Assembly (NCBI GenBank): GCA_965203465.1
Contig: CBDBCR010000003.1
Location: forward strand, 32,001 to 96,000
Length of the DNA: 64,000 nt
Direction of reading: 5' to 3'
DNA from: Nitrosopumilaceae archaeon
GTDB lineage: Archaea; Thermoproteota; Nitrososphaeria; Nitrososphaerales; Nitrosopumilaceae
Shown here: positions 52,901 to 55,834 of the stretch, piece by piece
Layout: every line of letters begins with the position of its first letter
Position numbering within the stretch: position 1 is the first letter of the stretch
Position numbers and translations under genes: made by a program
The notes under the pieces: generated by a model
What the model saw: only the letters and a program-made list of their open reading frames with translations
Database searches by the model: none
Told to the model about the DNA's origin: nothing

Positions 52901-53171
52901 CGCCGCCCTTGGTGGACCCGTCGGTGATCGATATCTTGTCCTGGCGCACGGGGTGGCTGATTCGTTCGCTGAACGTGATTACGAGGGTGCCCGACTCGGT
53001 GTCCAGCGTCGGCGCGACGGTGCCGTGGAGCGCCGGGGGCGTGGTGTCAGACTGCCCGGCAGCGCCTGCGGCCCACGCGGCCAGGCACAGGAAAGCGGCA
53101 ATGGCCGCGGCCCTGTAGATCACGGGGCCGGCCTCTCGGGGGCGCGTCTTGGCGGGGGCTCTTGCCCGCAT
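25998..53171 (-). CDS. Giant (~9,050 aa) secreted surface protein with dozens of ~100-120-aa Ig-like (SbsA/Big-like) repeats
   Basis: 27-kb uninterrupted ORF; signal peptide 'YRAAAIAAFLCLAAWAAGAAG'; repeat signature 'DGxAP..SA.AT....I.VTFSE'; C-terminal 'TGHFS' and 'CDDCTPPTLG' domain; start 53171 (ATG) or 53123 (GTG). Confidence 0.93.
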   Translation of the reverse strand: MRARAPAKTRPREAGPVIYRAAAIAAFLCLAAWAAGAAGQSDTTPPALHGTVAPTLDTESGTLVITFSERISHPVRQDKISITDGSTKGGGTMLTSSQLTSADNLSTVTIVLDNSALDDVNSYADPYIHLEEGAVADAAFNTNTDASARLVLLPVLDSAAIDLNNFEQGGSRHAGKLTLTFDQNIEAHTSSADALGKITVREEGKSGGTTLDSTSSLSISGAVATIGLSPAQKESMKDIGLSPAQKESMKDITADSEVVIAANAFKASGTDAALATVTKSAPRPAADTTGPVLVSASVDEGTGVLNLNFDEHVGDGASVDLAKIFVRDGDGAGGTALSGSAVTAVVLADAQIRIKLTEALRQSVIGYAEPHVRLEAGVTKDSSNNNAPASSATEIADTPDAVKPEVESASLDGGTGVLTVTFDETVDVSGADGAGFEIRPGSGAADGSAGEVSLSAAEVQAGQSDGLTLKFRLSEANRQAVLAMTGPHLYVAAGAISDVISPTANAIAAETGGVAVVVGTDGAAPAILSAEATALDRITVTFSETVKTADQTGLGWSISGTDSASRHVAASSDISSGSTTVVLTLSGDLADTGPDGVLLRYETSGTDVGTDAGSGSGAVTDSSSNALAARQSIPVSDGVAPAFEARITADRQVTVVFSEPVQSSDNSFLHWEFSHAGGQFQALGPLSASSLASLTGSMTVDLNMALPLDASGLSVVYLGVGTVSDASGNRLAAASAPASDYRAPEISSAAAVAPDTVVVSLSQPAQSSSPPADLLGAWSVSGGDAAGNSVLRLSSLTVLTSTLTLTLSSDLPDTAPDGVVVHYDSTPSGFQPVRLADANGMAMADQSARVSDRIAPSVSSAVSRAADQITVTFSEPVSGTATAPGSTWTLSGAGAGGRTVTAYEAPSRSDQTVLTVSSAFPSPIGQVALSYSAGDIADPAGLALSGSAPVSQNLAPTVSSARATSLNTITVTFSERVSAPGTNAQGWSVSGADADGLTVDRSSALNGNRVTLTLSGNLADTNPDNAVLRYKVLAGDVGGDADSGSGAIADSDSNALAARENIPIQDGIRPTLSAKTKAPNIIEFKFSEPVTRSAHDSIIDFPGGCGAASGRTPGLGQTSDTIEVTSTCSSFGSSWTGTHRVPVNWATDPAGHTMFSERSRRNMPIDDGIAPSISGVRATSLTTVQVTFDERVTTSDTDGKGWSISGTDSASRTVDSSTRLDGNRVTLGLSGPLPDTKPDGLQIRYETSGIDVGADAGSGGGDIRDRASLFTHVDRFFGEYNDRGGLAQALTYPTALDNPMQSQSASVSDGIAPAILLAESNGTDKITVTFSEPVSGTATAPGSTWTLSGAGAGSRAITGYPALSDSGSVVLTVSPAFSVPIGEVALSYDASAGDVKDAADIDLAGSSVAVTENLAPTISSAVATAQDKIRVTFSEPLTVSDTTAQGWSVSGTDASGLTVDASTAAASARSIVLTLSGNMADTKPDGVLLRYETSGADVGSDSGSGSGAIADSASNALAARQNIPVSDGAAPAVLSATATSRNSVWVLFSEPVRLSGPGAAPFGWTISGTDADGAEVSSISNITESATGTGATLNLDGDIADTTRPSITVAYSGGNIEDTAGIDLAAYAATAAGDGIAPIVTAEATALNKITVTFSEDLTISDTTAQGWSISGTDADGLTVDASTATSVNSSIVLTLSGNLADTDPDNAVLRYKTEGGDVGSDPNSGSGAITDLSSNALAARSSIPVSDGLAPQVSSSRVTGPNQITVSYGEAVTAALSDYGSVLVEGAPRAVSAISGETSASHVLSFTGHEAGTGATGSLSIGAAGVLDASGNALGAGALQRTLGDGQAPEVQSTKVTDRRTIEVAFSEEVGLSEAGTAPFGWAVSGTDAGGVAVDSISGITESASGTGATLNLDGDIADTTRPSITVAYSGGNIEDTSGNDLATYAATAAGDGIKPTVTAEATAPNQITVTFSEDLTITDQSARGWSISGTDADGLTVDASTQAADSDSIVLTLSGNLEDTNPDNAVLRYRTESIDLAGDPGSGGGSIADPSLNLMEARQNIPISDGIAPTVTAEATALNKITVTFSEPLTISDTTAQGWSISGTDADGLTVDASTATSVNSSIVLTLSGNLADTDPDNAVLRYKTEGGDVGSDPNSGSGAITDLSSNALAARQGIPVSDGLPPTAEFRLTADNAITVTFSEGVSSPDNAASHWTLSGADAAGLAVSSVSSLASSSGSMTVALNGNVPVPSTDLKLAYSAGGTISDGANLVLAAAPATAVQDDRRPSILSATAVDRDTVVVELTRGVTSTDSASDILSAWSISGGDAASPASLSVQTVSSLAVRTSTLTFTLSSGLPDTKPDGVVLSFDATPSQGTTVSISDAESRVLADASVDVSDGIAPEVESARIVGPTTIEVAYGEEVTAAQADYLSATVDGAAATVSGLANGSTDRHTIQFSPASPVGTGATGTMSIDGAAVTDASGNALGTATVSQNLADGQKPTIISAEATAINEITVTFSEDVKATGTAGTGGWSISGGDSNSRVVDTRSDISATASDTLVLRLNGGLLDTKPEGVKLAYDSSTGDVQDTASSANELASATDIDVSDGVKPTIESVVATALNEITITFSEAVTATGTAGTGGWSISGGDSNSRVVDTRSDISATASDTLVLRLNGGLLDTKPEGVKLAYDSSTGDVQDTASSANELASATDIDVSDGVKPTIESARATALDEITVTFSEAVTATGTAGTGGWSISGGDWNSRVVDTRSDISAGSSTTLVLTLDGGLLDTKPDGVKLAYDSSAGDVADEAGTANELASATNIDVSDGIAPTVTAEATALNRITVTFSEPLTVQDTSAQGWSISGTDADGLAVDTSTATSANSSIVLTLSGNLADTDPDNAVLRYKTSAGDVPGDTGSGSGAIADLASNALAARSSIPISDGLAPSFEARITEDRTVIIDFGEQVSGSGNLAGHWAFSHADGSFSVPRSLSVTSLSSLTDSMAIGLDRDMPQDISGLSVGYSGSAVSDASGNALPASSADVSEERRPAVASIRATELDKIAVKFTSPVKSPDSPADLLAAWSVSGGDAASPASLSVQSMTSLQVLTSSLTITLSSDLPDTKPDGVILAYDGSAVTIASDGGKELEDLSGDVADGIKPTVTARATALNRIAVTFSEPLTIQDTTAQGWSVSGTDAAGLTVDASSAASGSNSVVLTLSGNLADTNPDNAVLRYETSGTDIGTDAGSGSGAIADPASNAMAARAGIPVSDGIAPTISATTVLPNKVAYRFSEAVSVSGSFTIQTFRLSPGCATGSTSALAGQNSVTFTSRCNISSSSSGSFLYDGRNVSDLAGNRPGAWVYMPIDDGVAPSITGVTATSLTTVQVTFDEDVSTSDTAGKGWSISGTDSASRTVDSSTSLDGRTVTLTLSGPLPDTTPDIQLRYETSGADIGADTGSGSGDIADKSSSRAAFPEAQDRPKQRSSVAQYLTFPDAAVSSPLASRASIPVSDGIAPRIVSAEATKLDEITVGFSEAVRMSDTGAPTGWTISGTDAASVSVSSITDISSTQSGTTARLLLSGNLADTSPDIAVAYSGGNIEDIYDNALAAYSDAPSDGISPTFAARATAPDKITVTFSEDLTILDTSAQGWSISGTDAAGLTVDASTAASDGGSIVLTLSGNLEGTRPEASLRYKTSAGDEGGDPGSGSGAVSDPSSNAMAAASAPVSDGIAPAIASAVSHESNKITVEFSEEVSGTATDPDDTWSLSGAGAGGRTITVYDAFSDSRSIEITASSAFAEPIGEVTLSYSGSAGDIADASDNGLAGASVSVSQNLAPAISSAAAVSADEIRVEFSEDVTGTATGAAGTWKLHGADSAGITVSRYLGISSSTDTVSLGLSGDLPDTSPSLRLQYVQSPGDIKDGTDKPLASTVSPHVSVSDLLPPALLSAVLNESSGELALEFSEDVDVSSADASKFHIRESGSSSGGTALTGRLDAGQSDGASVAFTLTAQQLATVLALSVPELDIDAGAVSDTASPANAIPASQDSRVAALLGVDSASFDGESGGLTINLNRAAKISAPGDIDETLIGVRDGPSASPSAPGAFVLDQDSTSETSDTASPAFELDEDRRQLVLAMADPRLYVSAGAFRDADGDLSVPASGVDIAVTADSAAPIISAPADVTFDAGTGRLAVAFNEYIDVGRLSATSVHVRDGTSQPATGQLTMTDSMLAVSSNTSTLRFSLDEESRQAVIGMSDPNLYFAPNTVYDTSGNPFAPDSAGHDVAVTADSIAPAFESVLYDGSDGRLTAVFSETVAISSVDASKFDIRESGSSSGGINLAGRLDAGQPDGVSVKFTLTAQQRADFEALSVPELDIDAGAVSDKAGIPSDASADNAVGLTLYVLSSTVDGGLGDLEITLSKTAKASAPGDIDETLIGVRDGPSATPGSAGAFVLDQDSTSETSDTASPAFELDEDRRQLVLAMADPRLYVSAGAFRDADGDLSVPASGVDIAVTADSAAPIISAPADVTFDAGTGRLAVAFNEYIDVGRLSATSVHVRDGTSQPAAGQLTMTDSMLAVSSNTSTLRFSLDEASRQAVIGMSDPNLYFAPNTVYDTSGNPFAPDSAGHDVAVTADSIAPVFASASYHGSDGVLTVVFSETVAISSVDASKFDIRESGSSSGGIKLTSRLDAGQPDGFSVKFTLVAQQRAAFETLSDPELDISAGAVSDTTGVQIAESLDKPVSDLLTVDSATVTSRRTITVTFSDPAQLSGAAPFGWTISGADAGGASVESIAGIPMLNAGLESRSSTAVLTLDRDIADTTKPAITVAYSGDGIRDNSNRPLADYPPTAAGDGISPTVTAEATAPNQITVTFSEDLTVLDTSAQGWSISGTDAAGLTVDTSTATSVNSSIVLTLSGNLADTNPDNAVLRYKTATGDVGSDVGSGSGAITDLASNALAPRSSIPISDGLPPTVTAKATARDSITVTFSESLTVQDTSAQGWSVSGTDAAGLTVDASSAASGSNSVVLTLSGNLADTNPDNAVLRYETSGADVGSDAGSGSGAVADSSSNAMEARAGIPVSDGIAPTVYARTEAPNKAVSVFSEDVRIGNFAIHDARLNGQANCAGGTTLTAADRFTFTSRDCTVNPSWSGFVQYDPNGVRDLAGNALSSSRQFLPLDDGVAPSITAAKATSADTIQVTFDEDVSTSDLAGKGWSISGADSASRTVDSSTSLDGNTVTLTLSGPLSDTKPDIHLRYETSGTDVGADAGSGSGDIADKASSTTSFTGPGGTVQRSSVSQYLTFPAAPPSNALEARQSIPVSDGVAPTISSAAAVSLTEIRVTFSEPLTILDAAAQGWSVSGTDAGSHVVVSSTTSSGSDSIVLTLDKALADTKPDGVLLRYETSGTDAAGDPGSGSGAIEDPDSNALAARQGIPVSDGIAPTAEFRLTADDAITVSFSEPVSSSDNDASHWTISGADAAGLAVSSVSSLTSSTGSMTISLSGNVPVPSTDLRLAYSAAGTIQDGSNLALAAVSATAVQDDRRPSILSATAVNRDTIVVEFTRGVSSSASPSDLLSAWSISGGDAASPTALSISGASSLSSLTSTLRLDLSSGLPDTKPDSVVLSFDAAPSQGTTVTISGTDSRVLADASVDVADGIAPEIESASIVGPTTIEVAYGEAVTAAQADYVSATVDGAAATVSGLANGSTDRHTVTFSTASPVGTGATGSVSIDAAAVADASGNALGSATVSQNLADGQKPTITSARATSLTTIEVTFSEDVKATGTAGAAGWSISGGDSNSRLVDTRSGISSTASDTLVLTLDGGLSDTKPEGVKLAYVAADGTVQDTAAAANSMDDASNIDVSDAVRPTVESARATSLTTIEVTFSETVKATGTSGAAGWSISGGDWNSRVVDRRSDISATASDTLVLTLNGGLLDTKPEGVKLAYDSAAGDVADEAGTANELASASNIDVSDGVKPTVESARATSLTTIEVTFSEPVKATGTSGAAGWSISGGDSNSRLVNTRAGISSTASDTLVLTLDGNLTDTKPEGVKLAYDSSAGDVADEAAGTANELASATDIDVSDAVRPTIESAKATSLTTIEVTFSELVDASATNAQGWSISGTDAPSLQVVSSTSTSSGLSTVLTLSGSLADTNPDNAVLRYKTSAGDVPGDADSGSGAIADSESNALEARENMPVSDGIAPTASFALTDDRVVTVSFSEDVSSPDNDASHWTLSGADAAGLAISSVSSLTSAAGSMTVALDGDVPAPSTDLKLAYSAGGTIQDGANLALAAVPATAVSDDRRPSILSATAVNPAATGPSTIVVVFTRDASSSNTPAQIAAAWSVSGTDATVNGSALSVSGASSLSVSTKTLTLTLDGRLPDTRPDLDIAYDSTPASGTAVSITDANSKAMADASVAVADGIAPAVEKAEITGPTTITITYGEAVTAGQTAYSPATVDNQFRQISNVSGSGTAVHTLTFTNPAGTGATGSVNIAEAEIADASGNAMTRTTGALTQPLADGQKPTITSAKATKLNEITVTFSENVKATGTAGTGGWSISGGDWNSRVVDRRSDISATASDTLVLTLDGNLADTKPEGVKLAYDSSSGDVADDAGTANELDSATNIDVSDGVKPEIESAKVTGPRQITIVYSETVTHNLAHYNNINVGGGRFASGFAGANTDTAVLSFAGSNTGTDATGTVQINFGAIRDGSNNALGSGHVTQTLTDGQAPTFTAKATELDKITVTFSENLSILDTTAQGWSVSGTDAAGRTVDSSTAVSNGRSVVLTLSSDMEDTKPDGVVLRYKTSSGDVTGDANSGSGAIADPASNALEAKQSTAVSDGIKPEIESAKVTGPGQFTITYSEAVTASQSHYGSASVGGQTATISSISGQTTATHVVSFTAPNPVGTGAEGSVQIDSTQVKDGSNNALGTSTALSQDLKDGQNPSVASATVADRRTIQVAFSESVRLSGAGTAPFGWAISGADANSAEVDSISDISESVSGTSATLTLDRDIADTTSPSVTVAYSGGNIEDTSDNNLAAYAAAAADDGIAPRIESAAATSLTTVEVAFSEPVSVPANAQGWSVSGADAAGLDVTASTATSSGLSTVLTLSGALGDTNPDNAVLLYKTSAGNVGSDASSGSGDIADLASNALEARASIPVSDGIAPTASFALTDDSTITVSFSEAVSSSSNAASNWAVSGTDAAGRAISSVSAIAGSAMTIQLGGAALPVPFTDLKLAYDGGGAITDGASLVLAAIPAAQVSDERRPAVTSAEATGPRTIVVTFSRDVSSSASAQDLLSAWSVSGGDADSPARLRVSGLSPLGSETRSMTVTLDGDLPDTKPDGVVLAFDATPSPGTTVEISDSSSRSLADASVTVSDGIAPEVESAEATGPRTIVATFSEAVMLSGAGTAPFGWAISGTDANSAEVASIQGISESVSGTSATLNLDRDIAGTTSPSITVAYSGGNIEDASGNDLAAYAATAADDGIAPTVTSVTATSRNTIAVAFSEPVRLDPAGAPTGWTLSGTDAASRAVSTIAFGSPASTATLTLDGDIADKTNPAVTVAYSGGNIEDASGNDLAAYAAATATDGIAPTFTARATELDKITVTFSESVTATGTSGAGWSISGGDWNSRTVLSSSDISSLSTSLVLTLSGNLVDTKPDGVVLRYDPAAGDAQDAAGNEASGTAPVSDGIAPTIELAESREADKITVVFSESVSGTATAPGTTWTLSGAGAGGRTITNYATFSGTSVELTVSSAFPDPIGAVTLTYAQPPGDIKDTADLALAGASEAVTQNLAPFISSAEATSLNTITVTFTEAVRGTSTNPSTTWVLSGTDSNVAVSQYPAPSGTSVVLGLSGNLPDTDPDLSLQYVRGPGDIEDLTGEPLASTVSPHVAVSDGIAPALSSAALNEGTGVLTLTFTETIDASEINESGISIREAGASSGGVALSASARTTAADSATVSFTLTESDRQAVIAMETPQLDVSAGAVRDPDGNAIAAAADNAIGQTLDTVAPQLQSATLDEGAGTISLTFDEKMSAPTAAQAARVEIGTAGANIVFAEADITSAVLDSAGTTVTITVSEAKRQEIIAAAPSDIDLLSGGLRDVSGAEASSAGTAFSSIDLDTARPTLNSAVLNTDDGIFVFGFSETMDASSFAGELSKVSVAKPGDPVALAGTARAQGASVFVTLEPAVLQSLLAVISAAPNAGAPGLLSLTVPGSAPQFTDTSGNAVTAISGNILIEDGRPPSMVSASVTSSDTIVVRFSEDLADGTVQTSDFEVPGYDISSVSEMSGVVTITMANPDTFSTRDAPGVRTAGPVSDLFGNVLEPGPQVISVNRIMPAMISQFTAQHDGPATVGKQILITLRTQDAISPGLTVLRVNGQPVAAEGRSDGFDATYTVPSGAPQGPLSIYVEIISATGTPAEFSERHLTGPNVIIDTLPPSVISSWISGSDSVTLMYGEPVTASASHYAGIAADGAAPVPASRVVGSGGTVILVEWAGAGTVPAAVALTAGAVADSAGNAAVPAQVTAGAQRSSVTLEAPAMPLARGSTVGEIVAPSGIEPVVDLSSLTGAATDPRVSAAGGGAAVLGSELRIVTRTFGLPDATFPAGTQVGGLGPITSAGATFAEAVTIASSSSTAHLSEDQREAYPLLFDGLTTAVQVGHPGRDIVFDRPVLLEFDIPLRGALVFSVGLQGVPMPIPACDPSWDTSALPVAQSVPDGWPPGTYDTDACVDEDSDSVWTGHFSLFGVSQPPPRGGSECDDCTPPTLGYDEYGAKLVEGGFSYNGLSSDVEYFFTPYPLIESEVGKENTVVLKMYENEGPQNVSHAALAFGLRSGEVISESRAVINYDISHDGTGAVSAIDPDGAIDLDTLSAEHETVQCSAGSDLECLRITIRHTFRAPLEFDIVGTDVWDTQRNSWQNYYNHGIKITGEPLDGRPGIEVNGGDLVLYPISPDSTNRDVMIDPSGQLFKLSPDGLYMPLANQSRLYHDIDESMYFAEGAPMQGYDRSDPEFRDRLYAQVEAAQRVLDAMMPAPDLDAAAPAPASPDRQAEEERLRAAIAAEQERARLLFEVLFGYLNADGR
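39040..41100 (-). repeat. Near-identical 1032-bp (344-aa) tandem duplication inside the giant gene
   Basis: Matching words at 39139/40171 and 39309/40341 (offset 1032); boundaries approximate. Confidence 0.9.
44870..45600 (-). repeat. Near-identical 327-bp (109-aa) tandem domain repeats
   Basis: GATTCTATCGT..GGCTTTACGCCGTCCGAGACG at 45004 and 45331; related copies at about 34960-35950 and 33330-33660. Confidence 0.9.
52420..52497 (-). repeat. Perfect 39-bp tandem duplication (IGLSPAQKESMKD x2)
   Basis: TCCTTCATGGATTCCTTTTGCGCCGGGCTCAGCCCTATG at 52420-52458 and 52459-52497. Confidence 0.95.
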
Positions 53172-53208
53172 GCGTGGATCTGGCGCACGGCCGGCCGGCC
53201 GCCTTCAA

Positions 53209-53275
53209 TTATATAAACTACGAAAATTCCTACCACTGTCGATAGTCCCGAAATTCGTCCACCCCCCCCCCCCCC
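53209..53275 (-). promoter_or_regulatory. TATA box of the giant gene with an upstream G14 tract
   Basis: TTTATATAA on the minus strand (53209-53217); C14 on the plus strand at 53262-53275. Confidence 0.7.
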
Positions 53276-53411
53276 AAGAGGCCGGACGCCAGCGCGCAGG
53301 GGCGCCTGCCTGCGCGGAAGAGGGCCGCCGCTGGCACGGATCGGGCGCCACCGGATTTGCACGGGCGTTCGGCCCCGGCCCGCCCCATATAGGTTGGCCC
53401 CCCGGGATCGG

Positions 53412-53680
53412 GTAAGCGGTCAGGTCGGTGGATAGCCTAGTCGCGAAAAAGCGCCACGTGCGGATCGGGCGTGCCTGAATGCAAGCCCGACTTGGCCGAT
53501 TACAGGATCGGCAAGCGGCCAGGTGGCCGACAGGCGCCGGCAGAACTCGTAGGCGCCAAGGCCCCGCTTGCGCCGGGTCAGCGCGCAGGTCATCCTGCCG
53601 AACGCCCTCGCCCCCTCTCGCGCCGCCCGTGTTACCGAGCTCGGCCCGCACGCACGGCTACTCGATCTTGGCGGCTTGGA
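53412..53680 (-). mobile_element. IS66-family remnant (transposase C-terminus plus one end)
   Basis: GTAAGCG end motif at 53412; minus frame 'GARAFGRMTCALTRRKRGLGAYEF' resembles IS66 transposase C-termini. Confidence 0.55.
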
Positions 53681-53814
53681 CGCGCCAGCGGCCGGATCAG
53701 GCGTTCGGCGAAAGCGTTCGGGAATGAAGGCGGTCAAGAAAACCCGACGCCGGGGGAGGCGCGGGCAGGCGGCGCCGCTTTAACTCAACGGATCAGCGCC
53801 CCGGTCGAGGCGCG

Positions 53815-54123
53815 CTAACGGAGGCGTCGAGACATTTCCTGGTAGGCGTCTTTGCGGTGACGGATCGCGTGGACTAGAACGCGATCTCCTTCGACGCGGT
53901 ACACTATGCGGAAGCAGAACTCGTCTATGCGCGCGGAGCGGAATCCCCTCAAGTCTGTGATCATCTCCTTGCCGATTTCAGGATCCCTGCCAATCTCCTC
54001 TATCTGCGAATTGACGGCGGCCAGCAGGCCAGGCTGCGACCTTTTGAGTTTTTTGTAGTCTTTTTTGCATTGGTTGGTAAACTCGACTCGCTGAGCTACG
54101 CTTTTACTTTTATCTTTTCCCAC
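53815..54123 (-). CDS. RelE/ParE-family toxin
   Basis: 'VEFTNQCKKDYKKL', 'LRGFRSARI..FRIVYRV', 'IRHRKDAY'. Confidence 0.9.
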   Translation of the reverse strand: MGKDKSKSVAQRVEFTNQCKKDYKKLKRSQPGLLAAVNSQIEEIGRDPEIGKEMITDLRGFRSARIDEFCFRIVYRVEGDRVLVHAIRHRKDAYQEMSRRLR

Positions 54124-54431
54124 GGTATAGTTTCTCCCCCTTTCATGCCGGCGCGCAACTGCCTCATCAGTTCTGGATCCTGCATTATCTCGATCGTGTC
54201 CATAAGGCCGGGGGGGCGCGTAGGCCTGACGGTTCTTTGATTCTCAAAGACGTCTACAGGGACTCTTTCGATGTCTGCTACCGGGCGCGAAGAGTGCGCC
54301 GCGTCTGCAAGCATGAAGAACATCGCCGCGTCTTCACAGCCGTCCATGTTCTCCATCTTCGAACAATCCGTTGCGCGTTTGCGCCTGACCGCTTCCTGCC
54401 GAAACACAATACCGTCGGCCACCGACGTCAT
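54096..54431 (-). CDS. Putative antitoxin
   Basis: 111 aa from ATG 54431; C-terminus 'TIEIMQDPELMRQLR...IPWEKIK' typical of RelE partners; overlaps the toxin start. Confidence 0.7.
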   Translation of the reverse strand: MTSVADGIVFRQEAVRRKRATDCSKMENMDGCEDAAMFFMLADAAHSSRPVADIERVPVDVFENQRTVRPTRPPGLMDTIEIMQDPELMRQLRAGMKGGETIPWEKIKVKA

Positions 54432-54919
54432 ATCAGATCCCACTCTCGCAGCTCTGCCCAGCCCTCTTGGCATTGTTGCCCTGTAAAGTACGACTGCTTG
54501 TTTTTCACTTTTGTCAGGATTTTGGGCTTCGGCATGGCCTTGTAGACGCTCCTCAGAAAGTGGATCGACGCGAGTATCTCGAGCCTGTCCGGATCGTCCT
54601 TTTTGTCCCGCATGAAGCCCAGAAACCTCTCGAACTTGGATTGTACCCGCCCGGTGCCGAAGGCGCCGGGCGGCAGCCCACCGTATATGCCGCGCAGCGC
54701 GAATCCGTTGCTTGCCAGCCTCGTAGAATACGGACCTCTGACATACCACGAAAAGCGATATCCCATATACACGCCGAACGACTGCAACAGGTAGACTGAC
54801 TTTTGCAGGGTCAGCCTGCCCCCGAAATCCGACATGTCAAAGTTGTCCAAGTTTTTGAGCACCATGCCCAGACTGACGACATCCTCGTCTAGCCCAACGA
54901 CGTTCTGGCCCGCGCTCAA
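54428..54919 (-). CDS. Panacea/DUF4065-like (YwgA-like) winged-helix protein
   Basis: 'RLTLQKSVYLLQ', 'FSWYVRGPYS', 'LEILASIHFL'; ATGA-coupled to the antitoxin; TTG start inferred. Confidence 0.7.
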   Translation of the reverse strand: MSAGQNVVGLDEDVVSLGMVLKNLDNFDMSDFGGRLTLQKSVYLLQSFGVYMGYRFSWYVRGPYSTRLASNGFALRGIYGGLPPGAFGTGRVQSKFERFLGFMRDKKDDPDRLEILASIHFLRSVYKAMPKPKILTKVKNKQSYFTGQQCQEGWAELREWDLI

Positions 54920-55374
54920 CCGGCAATGCCTTTCCGCCACGGCTTTTAATCCTTGGCATCGCCCGGTTTTGTTCGGCAATTCCCCGATCCGCGCCTGAGC
55001 GGAGCCGTTTTTTGGCCGATCCGGCCACGGCGCAGGCACGAAAATGCGAATTGCCGAACAAAGCCCGTCGCCCTAGTTGCCCAACCCCATGTAGCGGGGG
55101 CCGCCTTGCGTCATCCGTACCTGATTCTCGGGCAGAAAGCGCGCCCCGGCGCCGGCAACGGCCCTGCATCCGGGGTTAGGCAACCAACTACATCGGCCCC
55201 CGCCGCCCGGCGGGCCGAGTGCGCCGCCGGTATGCACTCGCCCCCCCCCCCCGTCCCGTAGGCACGAAACGCCCCGGTCTGACGCACTGCGGGGGCGGGT
55301 GAACCCACGGTCGGGCGCCCGCAGCCGCGGCGCGCGCCCGTCCGGGCCGCCCCGACCGGGGCCTGTCCGCCCCC

Positions 55375-55725
55375 GTGGCGTCCGAAGCCGTGCTGCTGCG
55401 CGGGGAACTGGTCGCGGCCCACATCACGATCTTCGGCCAAGACAACCAGATCGTGGTACTGGAGGAGCAGGTGGCCTCGGAGAGGGCAGAGAAGGAAAAG
55501 TACAAGGCCGGGCTGCCGACGTTCGTCATGACGTGCGGCATGAACGATATCTTTCCGTGCAGGGCCGTAGTCGAGATGCTGCGCGACCCCGGGTGGGACA
55601 TGTTCAACCCCGGGCCGCCGGCGCCGCGCGACTGGTCGGTATTCGATTCGCCCGCCCCTTCCCTGCCGAGGCCGCCCGGGACGGAGGCGGGGCGGCGGCC
55701 GGCTCCGGCGGCGGCCGTTGCCTGA
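55375..55725 (+). pseudogene. Probable degraded transposase C-terminal fragment (IS66-like)
   Basis: 'LPTFVMTCGMNDIFPCRAVVEML' resembles IS66 C-termini; weak flanking IR CCCGTAG/CTACGGG (55255/55752). Confidence 0.35.
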
Positions 55726-55834
55726 CCGCGCCTGACGGGCCGCCGGACGCGCTACGGGCAGCGTCAGTCCGCCTCAGGCGTCGGACGGGGGGGCGAGCGC
55801 ATACGCATTTCTAGCAAGATGGAAACCGCGCCGG

